From the NCBI GenBank assembly GCA_050261115.1, contig JBLNCY010000006.1, forward strand, positions 32,001 through 96,000: 64,000 nucleotides of DNA. Direction: 5' to 3'. Below are positions 19,992-30,530 of this stretch, piece after piece (position 1 is the stretch's first letter; the number at the start of each line of letters is the position of its first letter). Under the pieces are notes generated by a model. The model ran no database searches, was not told the origin of the DNA, and saw only the letters and a list, made by a program, of their open reading frames with translations. The DNA is from Methanocella sp. (GTDB lineage: Archaea > Thermoproteota > Bathyarchaeia > Bathyarchaeales > Bathycorpusculaceae). The translations under genes were made by a program, and so were the position numbers.

Positions 19992-20773
19992 TATGCGCTC
20001 TCTCCATATAGGGCGGATAGTTTCTCGATAGCACCGTTAGTCCAAACTGTGAGTCTGCCTGGGTGTGTACCAGGTGCGAGCATCTCTGTGTTTAGGTTGG
20101 TTACGGTGGTAACTTGGACACCTGGAAGGTTGCCGGCTGCTGCGACGAGGCCGTTTTCCTCAGCCACTACGATAAGTGGACCTACGGCTTGCTTCATTTT
20201 ACGACCTCGATGCTTGCCTTTTCCTGCGCGGACTTTACGGCTCTCTTTTACACGAGTAAATTCTTCAGCAAATCCAAGTTTTGCAAAGGCATCTTCAACT
20301 TCCTGTGCCTTGGTTAAACCTTCAAATGTGTTGTCGACGATGAGTGGGATGGCTGGAACTGTATCGATTCTGTGTCCCCGGTCTGCAACGTAGGCTTTTT
20401 CTGCGGTTGCTGCGATAGCGGAAGTTAATGCAAGCTTTGCTTCTTTTTTGTTAATTTCTTTTACAATCTTTTTCTCGGCGCGTGGTGGGTGTGTTTGGCG
20501 GCCTTTTACGGTGAATGGTGCGAGTGCTGCGCGTCCTGCGCCTTTCATGCGTGGGACTCTTGAGATGCCGCTGCCTGTTCCGCGTGATTCTGCGGTAGTT
20601 TTCTTGCCAGCCATTGGGTCTCTGCCTTGCGGCTGGATTCTGCTTGATTGGATTGCTAAGACTGCACGTTTAATGACGTCTGGTCTTATGGGCGTGTCAA
20701 AAACAGCTGGAAGGGCGATTTTTCCAGTTGCTTTGCCCTGTAAGTCAAAGATTTCTACGGTTTTCTGTGCCAT
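19991..20773 (-). CDS. rpl4: 50S ribosomal protein uL4
   Basis: RPDVIKRAV, AESRGTG, RAGKGK, LAPGTHPGRLT. Confidence 0.96.
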   Translation of the reverse strand: MAQKTVEIFDLQGKATGKIALPAVFDTPIRPDVIKRAVLAIQSSRIQPQGRDPMAGKKTTAESRGTGSGISRVPRMKGAGRAALAPFTVKGRQTHPPRAEKKIVKEINKKEAKLALTSAIAATAEKAYVADRGHRIDTVPAIPLIVDNTFEGLTKAQEVEDAFAKLGFAEEFTRVKESRKVRAGKGKHRGRKMKQAVGPLIVVAEENGLVAAAGNLPGVQVTTVTNLNTEMLAPGTHPGRLTVWTNGAIEKLSALYGESA

Positions 20774-20783
20774 GGTGAATCAA

Positions 20784-21797
20784 CTACTTTCCTTGTGGAC
20801 TCTCCAGTGAGATATATGTTACTTGCGGCGGGGTTTCTGGAACTTCAGTTGGCGGACGGGCTGGAACTCGGAGGCGAATTAGCCGTTTTTCGGGGCCTGG
20901 GAGGCTGCCTGAGATGATCATGTAGGGGCCGTTGATTTCGCCGTATCGGATAAAGCCGCCTTTTACGGTGACGTCTTTGCCGTCTTTGCCGATTTTGAGG
21001 ATACGCTTGTTGAATTCGATGCGTTGGTGATAGCCCATTTGGCCTGATCGTGGAACACTGTACATTATGTGGTGTGGGTTCCATGGGCCGTTGGTGGCGA
21101 TGCCGCGGGTCTTTTTGCGGCTTTTATGCTGGAGTTTTGTTACACCCCAACGTTTCACTACACCTTGGGTGCCTTTGCCGACGGTTACGCCTGCAACGTC
21201 AATGTATTGACCTTCTTTGAAGACCTCCTCAGGCGTAACGGTTTTGCCCAAGAGTTGTTTAGCATAATCGAATTGTTGCTGGATGTCTCCGCCGCCGATT
21301 TGGATTTCAAGCATCTCGGGTTTCTTTTTGGGTAGACTGGTTTGTGAGGGCTGTGTAGCTACTATTACTCTTATGGCGTCGGTTGATTGGATGGTTTGCT
21401 GTATTTTTTCCAGCATTGCATCGGTGTCAAATGTGTCTGGCAAAACCAGTAATCTGTCTAGGCTTGCTGGGGGTTCTTTCATCCATGCCTCGGTTACGTT
21501 TTTGAGGCCATAGGGTGTTTTTTGATATGTTCTTATGCCACAAACCAAGATTGGTGGCGTTTCTAGGATGGTTGCGGCTCGCATGACTTCTTTACCAAAG
21601 TTCGGAGAACGCTTTCGGTCTTCGATAGTAAAGATGTAGGTCATGCCTGCTTTGTAGGATGTGAATCCTAAAAGTCTAGGTGAAGCTGACTCTATCTTTG
21701 GCCAGTATCGAATTCGTGCACTGGGTTTCTTGGCACGTTGCCTAGGTAAATAAGCTAGTGAACCATGTTTTGGAGCATGATGTTTTCGATGTCCCAT
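20784..21797 (-). CDS. rpl3: 50S ribosomal protein uL3
   Basis: MGHRKHHAPKHGSL, YKAGMT, GKGTQGVVKRWG, GQMGYHQR. Confidence 0.96.
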   Translation of the reverse strand: MGHRKHHAPKHGSLAYLPRQRAKKPSARIRYWPKIESASPRLLGFTSYKAGMTYIFTIEDRKRSPNFGKEVMRAATILETPPILVCGIRTYQKTPYGLKNVTEAWMKEPPASLDRLLVLPDTFDTDAMLEKIQQTIQSTDAIRVIVATQPSQTSLPKKKPEMLEIQIGGGDIQQQFDYAKQLLGKTVTPEEVFKEGQYIDVAGVTVGKGTQGVVKRWGVTKLQHKSRKKTRGIATNGPWNPHHIMYSVPRSGQMGYHQRIEFNKRILKIGKDGKDVTVKGGFIRYGEINGPYMIISGSLPGPEKRLIRLRVPARPPTEVPETPPQVTYISLESPQGK

Positions 21798-22221
21798 AGT
21801 ACTTCCGCTTCGCGCCTTTAGCAAATATATTCTGTAGTTATAAATGTTACCGTCTAGAACGCAAAAGGCTGCGGATGCTGCATAGAAATCAATTTAGCGG
21901 CATCCTGAGCCATCTAGATGCGTTAAACGTGTGTAGTGTCCCCCTATCGTTTGCAACGCTACGCAGCCACAGCCATATCACTTGCTAGACAACCCAAACA
22001 GTAACCACCCATATAACCACAACACCCAAAAACAACCAAAAAGACACAAACACTCACCGCATATATCAATTCAGAACTTCCTGATTAGCAGCGACCTATG
22101 GCAGAACGATTTCAACCAAAAACAGCTGTGCAGCCAACAACCAACCCAGCAGGCATCCACTCAGCGCCCTCCGTATGGAACTAACAAACACCCAAACCCA
22201 CACCACCTCCATCCTGCGGTT

Positions 22222-22272
22222 GCTGAGTCTATATACAGGGGAGGGATTCTCGGCAAAGCAACAGACGTCGAC
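22222..22272 (+). repeat. Dispersed intergenic element, copy C
   Basis: GCTGAGTCTATATACAGGGGAGGGATTCTCGGCAAAGCAACAGACGTCGAC. Confidence 0.75.
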
Positions 22273-22273
22273 C

Positions 22274-23209
22274 CTAACAGAGGGCCCGAACGAACTCCTC
22301 TACAGCGCCAATCGTCTTCAAGTTCATAACTGCCCGCGTATTCTGAGTAGTCTTGAAATCTTTAAGCATCCAGAAAACATGCTCCCTAACCTCCTGCGCA
22401 GAACCCCGACGCTCATACTTGCGGTATAACTCGATGAACCGTAGAATCTGTTTTTTTATCCCCCGGTTATCAATCTTGGCTTTTTGTGGGTCAAATATCC
22501 ATGGGCGATCTCTTGAGCCTCGGCCCACCATCACCAAGTCGCAGCCCGTCTTCTCCAGCAACGCAAGCCCCTGCGCATAGTTTGTGACGTCTCCGTTTGC
22601 AATCACGGGAATGCAAAGTTTTTCTTTGATCTGCTTGATGCTGGTCCAGTTTACTTTCCCCGCAAGTTTCTGGTCAGCGGTTCGTCCATGCACACAGAGA
22701 GCAGCTATACCAGCGCTTTCTAGGCATTGGGCAATTCGCACACCGATGATTTTCTGGTTCTCCAACCCAATGCGCATTTTCACCGTGACTGGCCTCTCAG
22801 TAGCCGCCACCATCTTACGCACAAGACTTTCTAACCTAGCAGGGTCTGCAAGCAAGTAGGCGCCGTAGCCTCGCTCAAGAAACTCTTTTTCGCTACAACC
22901 AACGTTGAGGTCGATTATGTCGGCATACTCCTCCACAAGCTTCACACTGTTAACTAGGTCCTCTTCGTTGTTGCCGATTAACTGGACGCTTACAGGGCGC
23001 TCACAGTCCTGTATGTTTAGGATTTCTTTTACGTCGCTTGGTTTTCTGTTTTTGAGGATATCGGTTTCTATCATCTGCGTATAGATTAGCGCCGCATGGT
23101 TCTCTTTGCAGAGCATTCGAAAAGCGGTGCAGTTGACAGCAGCCATTGGTGCAAGAACAAACTGGCCACGGAGAGCTATGGATCCGATGTTCATGAGATT
23201 CTCTTCCAC
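22274..23209 (-). CDS. tRNA-dihydrouridine synthase family protein
   Basis: LAPMA, IDLNVGC, PVTVKMRIG, VHGRT, IANGDV, VMVGRG. Confidence 0.88.
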   Translation of the reverse strand: MEENLMNIGSIALRGQFVLAPMAAVNCTAFRMLCKENHAALIYTQMIETDILKNRKPSDVKEILNIQDCERPVSVQLIGNNEEDLVNSVKLVEEYADIIDLNVGCSEKEFLERGYGAYLLADPARLESLVRKMVAATERPVTVKMRIGLENQKIIGVRIAQCLESAGIAALCVHGRTADQKLAGKVNWTSIKQIKEKLCIPVIANGDVTNYAQGLALLEKTGCDLVMVGRGSRDRPWIFDPQKAKIDNRGIKKQILRFIELYRKYERRGSAQEVREHVFWMLKDFKTTQNTRAVMNLKTIGAVEEFVRALC

Positions 23210-23299
23210 AGAACTTAGTTATCGCATATTAAGGTTAACACCCACAAAACTTGCAATACAACAAGCCGCGGGCACCCAGAACGCAACCTCCAAAGGAAA

Positions 23300-23803
23300 T
23301 CAGTACACTGAAACTTTGGCAACGCCTGGAATCTTTAGCAACTCAGGAATGAGTTCACCGGGAATCTTTCTATCCACAATCAACGTACACTTCGGCTCAG
23401 GCGACAATTCAGGGTCATCAACAATAGCTTGGCGTATGCCCAACCCCGCCTTGAACAGAACTTGGGTGGAATTGGCCAGAATGCCTCGCATTTGGGCGCT
23501 ATCGGGGGTGATCTCAATAACGCCTAGGTCGAGGTGTTTTGCGATTTCTTTTAGGCTGTGACCTGCGGGGCGGATCGCCTCAAAAATCATGCGCAACTCT
23601 GCATTCTCGTGAATAGAGGCAAGAGTTTCGTTGACGGTCCGGCGGTCGACGCCTGCAACTCGCGCAATGCGGATAGGGGGAATTTCGATTTGGTTTAGGT
23701 AGATTTCGCCGTCTTTGATCGATAGGCCGTTTTCTATAAGGACACGGGCCACTTTGAGGCGTTCTGGATAGCTGTCGAGGGCTGTTTTAATTTTATTCCA
23801 CAT
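23300..23803 (-). CDS. trpY: ACT-domain regulator, TrpY/COG2150 family
   Basis: IARVAGVDRRTV HTH, GIRQAIVDDPELS ACT domain; divergent from trpB2 with TRP boxes between. Confidence 0.8.
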   Translation of the reverse strand: MWNKIKTALDSYPERLKVARVLIENGLSIKDGEIYLNQIEIPPIRIARVAGVDRRTVNETLASIHENAELRMIFEAIRPAGHSLKEIAKHLDLGVIEITPDSAQMRGILANSTQVLFKAGLGIRQAIVDDPELSPEPKCTLIVDRKIPGELIPELLKIPGVAKVSVY

Positions 23804-23815
23804 TTGGATCGCTTT

Positions 23816-23885
23816 TGTATATTTCTGTGCGTTTGAGTATAAATGTGTTGTTTACAAAACATGCTTCAATGCACATAAATGTACA
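23816..23885. promoter_or_regulatory. TRP-box operator pairs in trpY/trpB2 divergent promoter
   Basis: TGTATA-N4-TGTGCG (23816-23831) and TGCACA-N4-TGTACA (23870-23885); TGTACA is the TrpY box of Methanothermobacter. Confidence 0.7.
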
Positions 23886-23943
23886 CTAAAGCTTTAAATA
23901 AAACCTAAAAGAACAGTTCACTACCAAAGCAGGGCGAAAAAAC

Positions 23944-25365
23944 TTGCACGACAAAAAAATCCTACTCAAAGAAACAGACATACCAAAACAATGGTATAAC
24001 ATTGTCCCCGACCTGCCACACCCGCTTCCCCCCTTTATAGAGGCGGAAACCGGAAAACCAGGCGTCGGCATCGTCCCAAAAATTTTCCCTAAAGCAATAA
24101 TCGGTCAAGAAGTCAGCCAAGAACGCTGGATAGACATCCCCGACGAGGTCCGAGAAATCTACAAAATATGGAGACCCAGTCCACTCTTCCGCGCCTATGG
24201 CCTCGAGCAGGCACTAAAAACTCCCGCTAAAATCTACTACAAATACGAAGGTACCTCTCCTTCAGGCAGTCACAAAACCAACAGTGCCGTACCCCAAGCC
24301 TACTACAACATGAAAGAAGGCATCACCCGTGTCACCACCGAAACAGGCGCAGGACAATGGGGAAGCGCACTAAGCTTCGCAGCAAGCGTCTTTGGATTAG
24401 AAGCCACCGTCTACATGGTCCGCGCAAGCTTCGACCAGAAGCCCTATCGCAAAGCCATGATGAACGCATACGGCGCAACCGTCTACGCCAGCCCATCCAA
24501 CAACACACAAGCAGGCAGAAAAATCCTAGCCGAAGACCCACAAACCAAAGGCAGCCTCGGCATCGCAATCAGCGAAGCAATAGAAGACAGCTTAGAAAGC
24601 GAAAAAACAGGTAAAAAAGCAAACTATACCATCGGATCAGTCTTCAACCACGTCTGCCTACACCAAACCGTCGCCGGACTCGAGGCACAGAAACAATTTG
24701 CCATGATTGACGATTACCCTGATGAGATTTATGGATGCATCGGAGGCGGCAGCAGCTTTAGCGGATTGTTCTGGCCCTTCTACTATGATAAAGTCTCTAA
24801 GAAAGCGCCAAAAGAAACCAAGTTCTTTGCCGTTGAACCCACAGCATGCCCCAAAGTCACAAGGGGATACTACACCTATGATCACGGTGACACATCAAAA
24901 TTAACCCCGCTGGTACCGATGCACACCTTAGGCCATGACTTCATGCCTGCGCCTATCCATGCGGGCGGACTTCGCTACCACGGCATAGCCCCAACCATCA
25001 GCGTACTCGCGCAGGAAAACAAAATCAGCACTATAGCCGTCAACCAAGTTGACGCCTTTGACGCTGCAAAAATGTTCATACGAAGCGAAGGCATCATACC
25101 ATCACCCGAGTCAACGCACGCCATCAAAGCCGTATGTGACCAAGCACGAGCATGCGCACAAACTAATACGCCTAAAACTTTGCTGTTCGCTTTGACGGGT
25201 CATGGTTTCTTTGACATGACCGCTTACGAGGAATACTTTAGCGGTAGACTGCAGCCCTATGAGTATCCAGCTGAGAAAGTGGCTGAATCCATGGAGAAGC
25301 TCCGCAAACTCTACCCGTGGCTAAACGATGTCACAAAACAGTACATAACACCCTGCAAGCAGTAA
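23944..25365 (+). CDS. trpB2: Tryptophan synthase beta chain 2
   Basis: QWYNI, GSHKTNSA PLP lysine, TETGAGQWG, IHAGGLRYHG. Confidence 0.93.
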   Translation: MHDKKILLKETDIPKQWYNIVPDLPHPLPPFIEAETGKPGVGIVPKIFPKAIIGQEVSQERWIDIPDEVREIYKIWRPSPLFRAYGLEQALKTPAKIYYKYEGTSPSGSHKTNSAVPQAYYNMKEGITRVTTETGAGQWGSALSFAASVFGLEATVYMVRASFDQKPYRKAMMNAYGATVYASPSNNTQAGRKILAEDPQTKGSLGIAISEAIEDSLESEKTGKKANYTIGSVFNHVCLHQTVAGLEAQKQFAMIDDYPDEIYGCIGGGSSFSGLFWPFYYDKVSKKAPKETKFFAVEPTACPKVTRGYYTYDHGDTSKLTPLVPMHTLGHDFMPAPIHAGGLRYHGIAPTISVLAQENKISTIAVNQVDAFDAAKMFIRSEGIIPSPESTHAIKAVCDQARACAQTNTPKTLLFALTGHGFFDMTAYEEYFSGRLQPYEYPAEKVAESMEKLRKLYPWLNDVTKQYITPCKQ

Positions 25366-25720
25366 CTTGCAACCCCCCACTATTCTTTTCCTTTTTGCTC
25401 TTTTCTAGTCCAGCATTAAATGCTATGATTTATCTACGCTTAACGACTTTCTAACGTTAACACGTAGTGGAATTTCATAAATGATAAATTGCAATTCGCC
25501 TTAAGAGGTTTTTATGCCAGCTCAAGGTAAGCCATTTCTTGTTGAGAGAAGGCCTGTTTTGTGCCGTTTAGGTATTCATAGCTGGGGGGCGCCGCATGTG
25601 TATGAACCTAATCAATAAGAGTGTGGATGGTTGGGAGAAGAGTTGCCGCCATTGTAACGCGGTCAGGCGTTGGATGCGACGTAAGAGTTACACTTACAAA
25701 GAATATGGGTGTAGTGGAAT

Positions 25721-26692
25721 TTAGACTACAAGGTCAGCCATGTCTACACTGCGCTCATAAATTTGCCGCAGAAACTGAACCACAGCCAAAATCTGAGGCA
25801 ACAAATCCACCGAAGAATCCTTCACAGCCGCCTCAATTCGGGAACAGTTGTCATCGACCTTTCCCCTCATCTCACGAACATTTTCAGCTAGTGCGATATC
25901 CTTACATAAAAAGGCCTTGAACGCTTGCTCATTGGCATCTACACAGGTTGACTGCAACGCCAGCACCAGTCTCCTAAGTTCATCGGATAGCTTAGTGTTC
26001 TTGAGTTCAAGCGTGCTCTGCGCAATCTGAACGCAGGCGTCACCTATACCCTCAATAAAGCCCGCAATAAGACGGTAGTCCACGCATTCAATAGGAATGA
26101 TACCTAGCTTCTCGCTAAGTCGGGGGCTCTGCAAAATAGTACGCAGTATCCTAACAAGCAAAAAATAGAATTTGTTGTTCTCTACATCACGTTCGATAAC
26201 GTTCTTTGCTAAGTCCATATCAGAAGAGACAAAACTGCTAGCCGCATCACGGATCATCCGCACGGCGCTAGCCTGGTTACGCTGCAGGATTTTTCCCGGT
26301 GAAGTGAAGGGTTGCTGCATAAGGCACTGAAGCGTCATCATTGAGGGGGTTTCCTCAACAATCATAAGCCCAGCTAGCGAGTTCGCAGTGGATTTGATGA
26401 GGTTACGCATGTTTGAGTCGATGCGGTCTTTGGCTTCTATTTTTATGATATCATAACCTAAGAGGTAGCGGCCGATGATTTCGCGGCTCAAATAAGGATT
26501 AACCTTTAACGACACAGATTTAGGTTCGGGTTCAGAGGCGAATTGAGTGTCTACAAACAGTTTACCATCGCTGGTTACTTCGAGGTTAACTTGGGAGCCC
26601 TTCTGCAAGTTATGGCTCTTAGCCCATTCACGGGGTAAACAAACAAAAAACGTGCCAGTGGGAGTCTGCTGAATTTTACGCACTTCACTCAT
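25721..26692 (-). CDS. AbrB-PhoU phosphate uptake regulator
   Basis: RKIQQTPTGTFFVCLPREW AbrB domain followed by two PhoU-type helical repeats. Confidence 0.85.
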   Translation of the reverse strand: MSEVRKIQQTPTGTFFVCLPREWAKSHNLQKGSQVNLEVTSDGKLFVDTQFASEPEPKSVSLKVNPYLSREIIGRYLLGYDIIKIEAKDRIDSNMRNLIKSTANSLAGLMIVEETPSMMTLQCLMQQPFTSPGKILQRNQASAVRMIRDAASSFVSSDMDLAKNVIERDVENNKFYFLLVRILRTILQSPRLSEKLGIIPIECVDYRLIAGFIEGIGDACVQIAQSTLELKNTKLSDELRRLVLALQSTCVDANEQAFKAFLCKDIALAENVREMRGKVDDNCSRIEAAVKDSSVDLLPQILAVVQFLRQIYERSVDMADLVV

Positions 26693-26873
26693 AGAGACAC
26701 CAAGTTATAACACATCTAAACAAACCTGTCCCTATATAAATCGTAAGCATCAGGTTACGTCAACCCGGCTAGTAAGCCATACCAACAAGTGTTTTAGGGC
26801 AATGAAAAACAGTAAATAACTCTAAGCCATACTGCCTAACCATCGGAAACATAGTAATCGGGCAGAAGAATGC

Positions 26874-28496
26874 ATGAGTAGGCAAGAGAAACTCCAAAAA
26901 GCCATCGAGGCAGCCATCATTGCCGGCTACCAACTAAACAGCGAAGCTTTTGAGTTCCTTACCCAAAATGTGGACACAATGGACCCCGAAGCCGTAATGA
27001 ATCTAGCATTAATGCAGTTATCTGACTTAGAGGATAAGCCCATCTTCATCGACCGAGATAGACTCGTGTCAGTTATTCATCAATTAGCAGTTGCAGAAAT
27101 GCAACAAGCCTTAGAAAACCAAACCGAAACACAACCAACCAATGAACCCAATCCAGTTAACATATTCCCGGAAGCACAAAGCTACACCGAGCCAACCATA
27201 AACGCGGTCGATGCCAGCGACTACTTTTACCCCTACGCCAAAGACATATCCTCCGAGCTTATAATCATAGAAGACCCCACAGGTAAACTCACCTCAAACG
27301 GAACAATACAAGAATACACAGCGCTCTTCCAAGACCGCTTCAGACGGGTCGAAAAAATACTCCGCAACCGCATGGATGTCCGCTCAGCCACACCGCTAGC
27401 CGAAGCGGTCAAATCCCAACCGAAATCAAAACTCAAAGTCATCTGCATGCTAACAGAAAAACGCGACAGCAAAAACAACACCATCCTCTCAGTTGAAGAC
27501 CCAAACAGCAGCGCCACCATCGTCATCCCCCACAAGGCACCTGAAGAAGTAAAAAAGAAGGCACTAACACTATTGCCCGACACCGTCTTTTGTGCGGCAG
27601 TCATCAAAACCCGAACCAATCTGCTCATGGCAGAAGACATTATCCTCCCAGAAGTCGGCCGAAAAGCACCTAAACGGGCCCAAGAACCTGTCTATGCAGT
27701 GCTGACTTCAGATGTACATGTAGGTAGCAATAAATTTACCAAAGATGCATTTCGCCGTTTCATTCTTTGGCTAAGAGGTAAGTATGGCACCCCACAAATG
27801 CGTGAAGTCGCAGGCCGCGTCAAGTACCTCTTAATCGCAGGTGACATCGTCGACGGCGTAGGTATTTATCCCGGTCAACAAACAGAACTCACCATACGTG
27901 ATGTACGCAAGCAATACAACTTTGCCATCAAATATCTAGAAAAAATACCCAGCTACATAGAAATCGTGCTCTCACCAGGCAACCACGACGCCGCGCGTAA
28001 ATCCCAACCTCAGCCAGCCATCCCAGAAGGATACCTAACCGCAATCAAAGATAAACCAAACATTCACTCTGTTGGCAGCCCCTGCTACCTAAGCATACAT
28101 GGCGTTGAAGTCTTGATGTATCACGGTGTAAGCCTAAATGACATCATAGGGGTAGTGCCGGGGATGGATAATGATCATCCTGAGAAGTCCATGAGGCTAC
28201 TTATGCAGGATCGCCACTTGGCACCTATGTATGGCGGTAAAACCATGCTTTCGCCTGAGAACCGCGACTATATGGTTGTCGAGCGAGTCCCCGACATCTT
28301 TCATGCGGGTCACATTCACGTTTTAGGCTACTGTAACTATCGGGGGGTACTTGTAGTTAATTCGGGGGGCTGGCAACTGCAGACTGAGTATATGGAAAAG
28401 TTAGGGCTGATGCCTACGCCTGGGAAGGTTCCTGTAATCAACTTGCAAACAATGGAGATTACGGTTCTGGATTTCCTAAACCCCATTGAGAGTTAG
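26874..28496 (+). CDS. polB: DNA polymerase D small subunit DP1
   Basis: SDVHVGS, AGDIVDG, PGNHD, YHG, HAGHIH phosphoesterase motifs; OB fold. Confidence 0.94.
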   Translation: MSRQEKLQKAIEAAIIAGYQLNSEAFEFLTQNVDTMDPEAVMNLALMQLSDLEDKPIFIDRDRLVSVIHQLAVAEMQQALENQTETQPTNEPNPVNIFPEAQSYTEPTINAVDASDYFYPYAKDISSELIIIEDPTGKLTSNGTIQEYTALFQDRFRRVEKILRNRMDVRSATPLAEAVKSQPKSKLKVICMLTEKRDSKNNTILSVEDPNSSATIVIPHKAPEEVKKKALTLLPDTVFCAAVIKTRTNLLMAEDIILPEVGRKAPKRAQEPVYAVLTSDVHVGSNKFTKDAFRRFILWLRGKYGTPQMREVAGRVKYLLIAGDIVDGVGIYPGQQTELTIRDVRKQYNFAIKYLEKIPSYIEIVLSPGNHDAARKSQPQPAIPEGYLTAIKDKPNIHSVGSPCYLSIHGVEVLMYHGVSLNDIIGVVPGMDNDHPEKSMRLLMQDRHLAPMYGGKTMLSPENRDYMVVERVPDIFHAGHIHVLGYCNYRGVLVVNSGGWQLQTEYMEKLGLMPTPGKVPVINLQTMEITVLDFLNPIES

Positions 28497-29716
28497 GTTT
28501 TGTGGAGGCTTTTTGGCTGATAATTTAGCAGAGGGCCAAAACGTGCGTCTGTACCAAATACATCTTTTATTAAGCCACGGCTAATTTCAAGACGAATCTT
28601 CTTAGTTCGCCCATACCGGCCCATGCTAACAACTTTGGCGTTGACAAGCCCCATAGAATCAAGCTCGTTTACAAGCGTTCCGAGGCGTCGCTGGGTAAGT
28701 AATCCTGCGCCCATTTCGCCACAGAGTTCATTGTATATGTCATAGATTTCTCCTGTGGATGCACTGTGCTTGTTGAGGTGATATACGCTTAGCAGGACAA
28801 GTTTTGAGTGCAACGTCAAGTTTTTTAGAGCTTCGATTACACGGTTGTGTTCTATGTGTTTTTCAGCTTGGCGAACGTGTTCTTCTGTGATGGTGGTTGC
28901 ACCGTTCCGTTCGGCTACTTCACCGGCTACTCTGAGCAGGTCTAGAGCTCTTCTGGCATCGCCATGCTCTGCTGCGGCCAAGGCTGCGGATATGCTAAGT
29001 GCAGACTCAGTCAAAGCACCATCCATAAATGCAAGCTTTGATCGTTCAAACAAAATATTTCGGAGTTCGCTTGCATCGTAGGGTCGGAATACGAGTTCTT
29101 CTTCACTTAAGGAGCTGAATACACGGGGGTCTAGGAATTCTTTTAGGCGGAGGTCGTTTGATATGCCGATGATTGAGACTTTGCTTTTGTTGAGTGTTTC
29201 GTTGATGCGGGTGAGTTCGTACATGAAGGCGTCGCCTCGGTCTTTTATGAGGGCATCTACCTCGTCTAGTACGATGATGAATATAATGTAAGATTGGTCT
29301 AGGCCTGAGCGGAATCTATCGAAAACTTCGCCGACTGACAACCCAGTAAAGGGAATGGATAGCCCAACACTTTGGCTAAGGGCGGCAAAAACGCGGTATT
29401 CTGAACCGGTCATGCGGCAGTTTATGTAACAGAATTTTATTTGGGCCCCATACTCTTTGGCTTTTGATTCGAGGTGGCTAAGGACGTATTTGGCTACTGC
29501 GGTTTTTCCTGTGCCGGTTTTGCCGTAGATGAATATGTTTGAGCAGCGGGCATTTCTTAGTACAGGGGCTACTGTGGATCCTAGGAGTCGGATTTGTTCT
29601 TCTCGGTGGGGGAGCTTTTCTGGTAGATAGTCATGTCTTAGGACTTCGCGGTCTTTGAAGAGTCTTGGGCCTTTTACGAAATTGTCAAACACATCATCAA
29701 GTACAGAGTTTCCCAT
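28493..29716 (-). CDS. cdc6: Orc1/Cdc6 replication initiator
   Basis: LPHREEQI, GKTGTGKT, VLDEVD, HGDARRALDLLR, C-terminal wH GRYGRT. Confidence 0.96.
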   Translation of the reverse strand: MGNSVLDDVFDNFVKGPRLFKDREVLRHDYLPEKLPHREEQIRLLGSTVAPVLRNARCSNIFIYGKTGTGKTAVAKYVLSHLESKAKEYGAQIKFCYINCRMTGSEYRVFAALSQSVGLSIPFTGLSVGEVFDRFRSGLDQSYIIFIIVLDEVDALIKDRGDAFMYELTRINETLNKSKVSIIGISNDLRLKEFLDPRVFSSLSEEELVFRPYDASELRNILFERSKLAFMDGALTESALSISAALAAAEHGDARRALDLLRVAGEVAERNGATTITEEHVRQAEKHIEHNRVIEALKNLTLHSKLVLLSVYHLNKHSASTGEIYDIYNELCGEMGAGLLTQRRLGTLVNELDSMGLVNAKVVSMGRYGRTKKIRLEISRGLIKDVFGTDARFGPLLNYQPKSLHKT

Positions 29717-29747
29717 TGTTTGCCCACCCTATTTTTTTTCAGAGGTA

Positions 29748-30336
29748 CAACCGTTATTTCGAGTGGAACAGATAAAGGCTACAGTACAAAAAAATGGTTT
29801 TGAACAACAACATTCCTAAAAGAAGACAAAAACAGGCAGAAACAACCTATCAACCCAAGGATAGACTCACCCGTTGATTTCTACTGGAAAAATCAACTAA
29901 CTTTACACTAACCCATATTATAGTATAACATAATAATATACTCTGAGTTGTAAATTAGCTTTGAATATATTAATGATTGTTGTCCAAAAAAATAGATAGA
30001 CTCTCAGAAATTATTTTTCGACCGCTTCTCAACTTCTTTTTTCCCCTAAAACTCTCGAGAGGAAAAAGAGGGGTGCCTCTCTGATCTGAATTCCATGGAA
30101 GAAAGCTTGTAAGCTGTCCCTTTGCTTCAATATTTTGCCATGGCTTGCTTTGCTCCTTACCAAAGTTCGCCTAGTGACCTCTTGATTGCCAGGTTTGGGT
30201 GGCTTAGGGGTTCACAAAACTGTGAATACATGTGAAATAGCAATAAATCTGTAGCTTTATCAAGCTTCTTTTTCGGAGATTTACTTGTTTTCTGTCTGTT
30301 AACAGTGAATGTGGCACCCCTTGGCTTCTACTGGAG
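29748..30336. other. Replication origin oriC (ORBs plus AT-rich DUE)
   Basis: ORB-like boxes: 29748-29769(-) GTTCCACTCGAAATAACGG, 29868-29890(-) TTTCCAGTAGAAATCAACGGG, 30054-30074(+) CTCGAGAGGAAAAAGAGGGGT, 30316-30336(-) CTCCAGTAGAAGCCAAGGGGT; AT-rich 29891-30050 lies between an inverted pair; directly upstream of cdc6. Confidence 0.88.
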
Positions 30337-30530
30337 AACTCGATTTAAGCTGGAAAGATAAATCTTTTAACCGTTTGTTTTTCTGTGAAGCTTGTAATTC
30401 TAAAAACAATTATAAAATAAGTTATTTACTGAAAATAAGCTTGAATTGGGCTTTTTATTTTGGCTGTTTTCACCATCACAGTTATATGCTGTGAAGCTGT
30501 AGAGTTGTGAACAACCTAGGTGTCTAATTA

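Noticed and set aside
21982-22329. 115-aa Q/N/H-rich ORF
   Set aside because: Product of A/C-rich low-complexity intergenic DNA; overlaps the repeat and the dus gene end.
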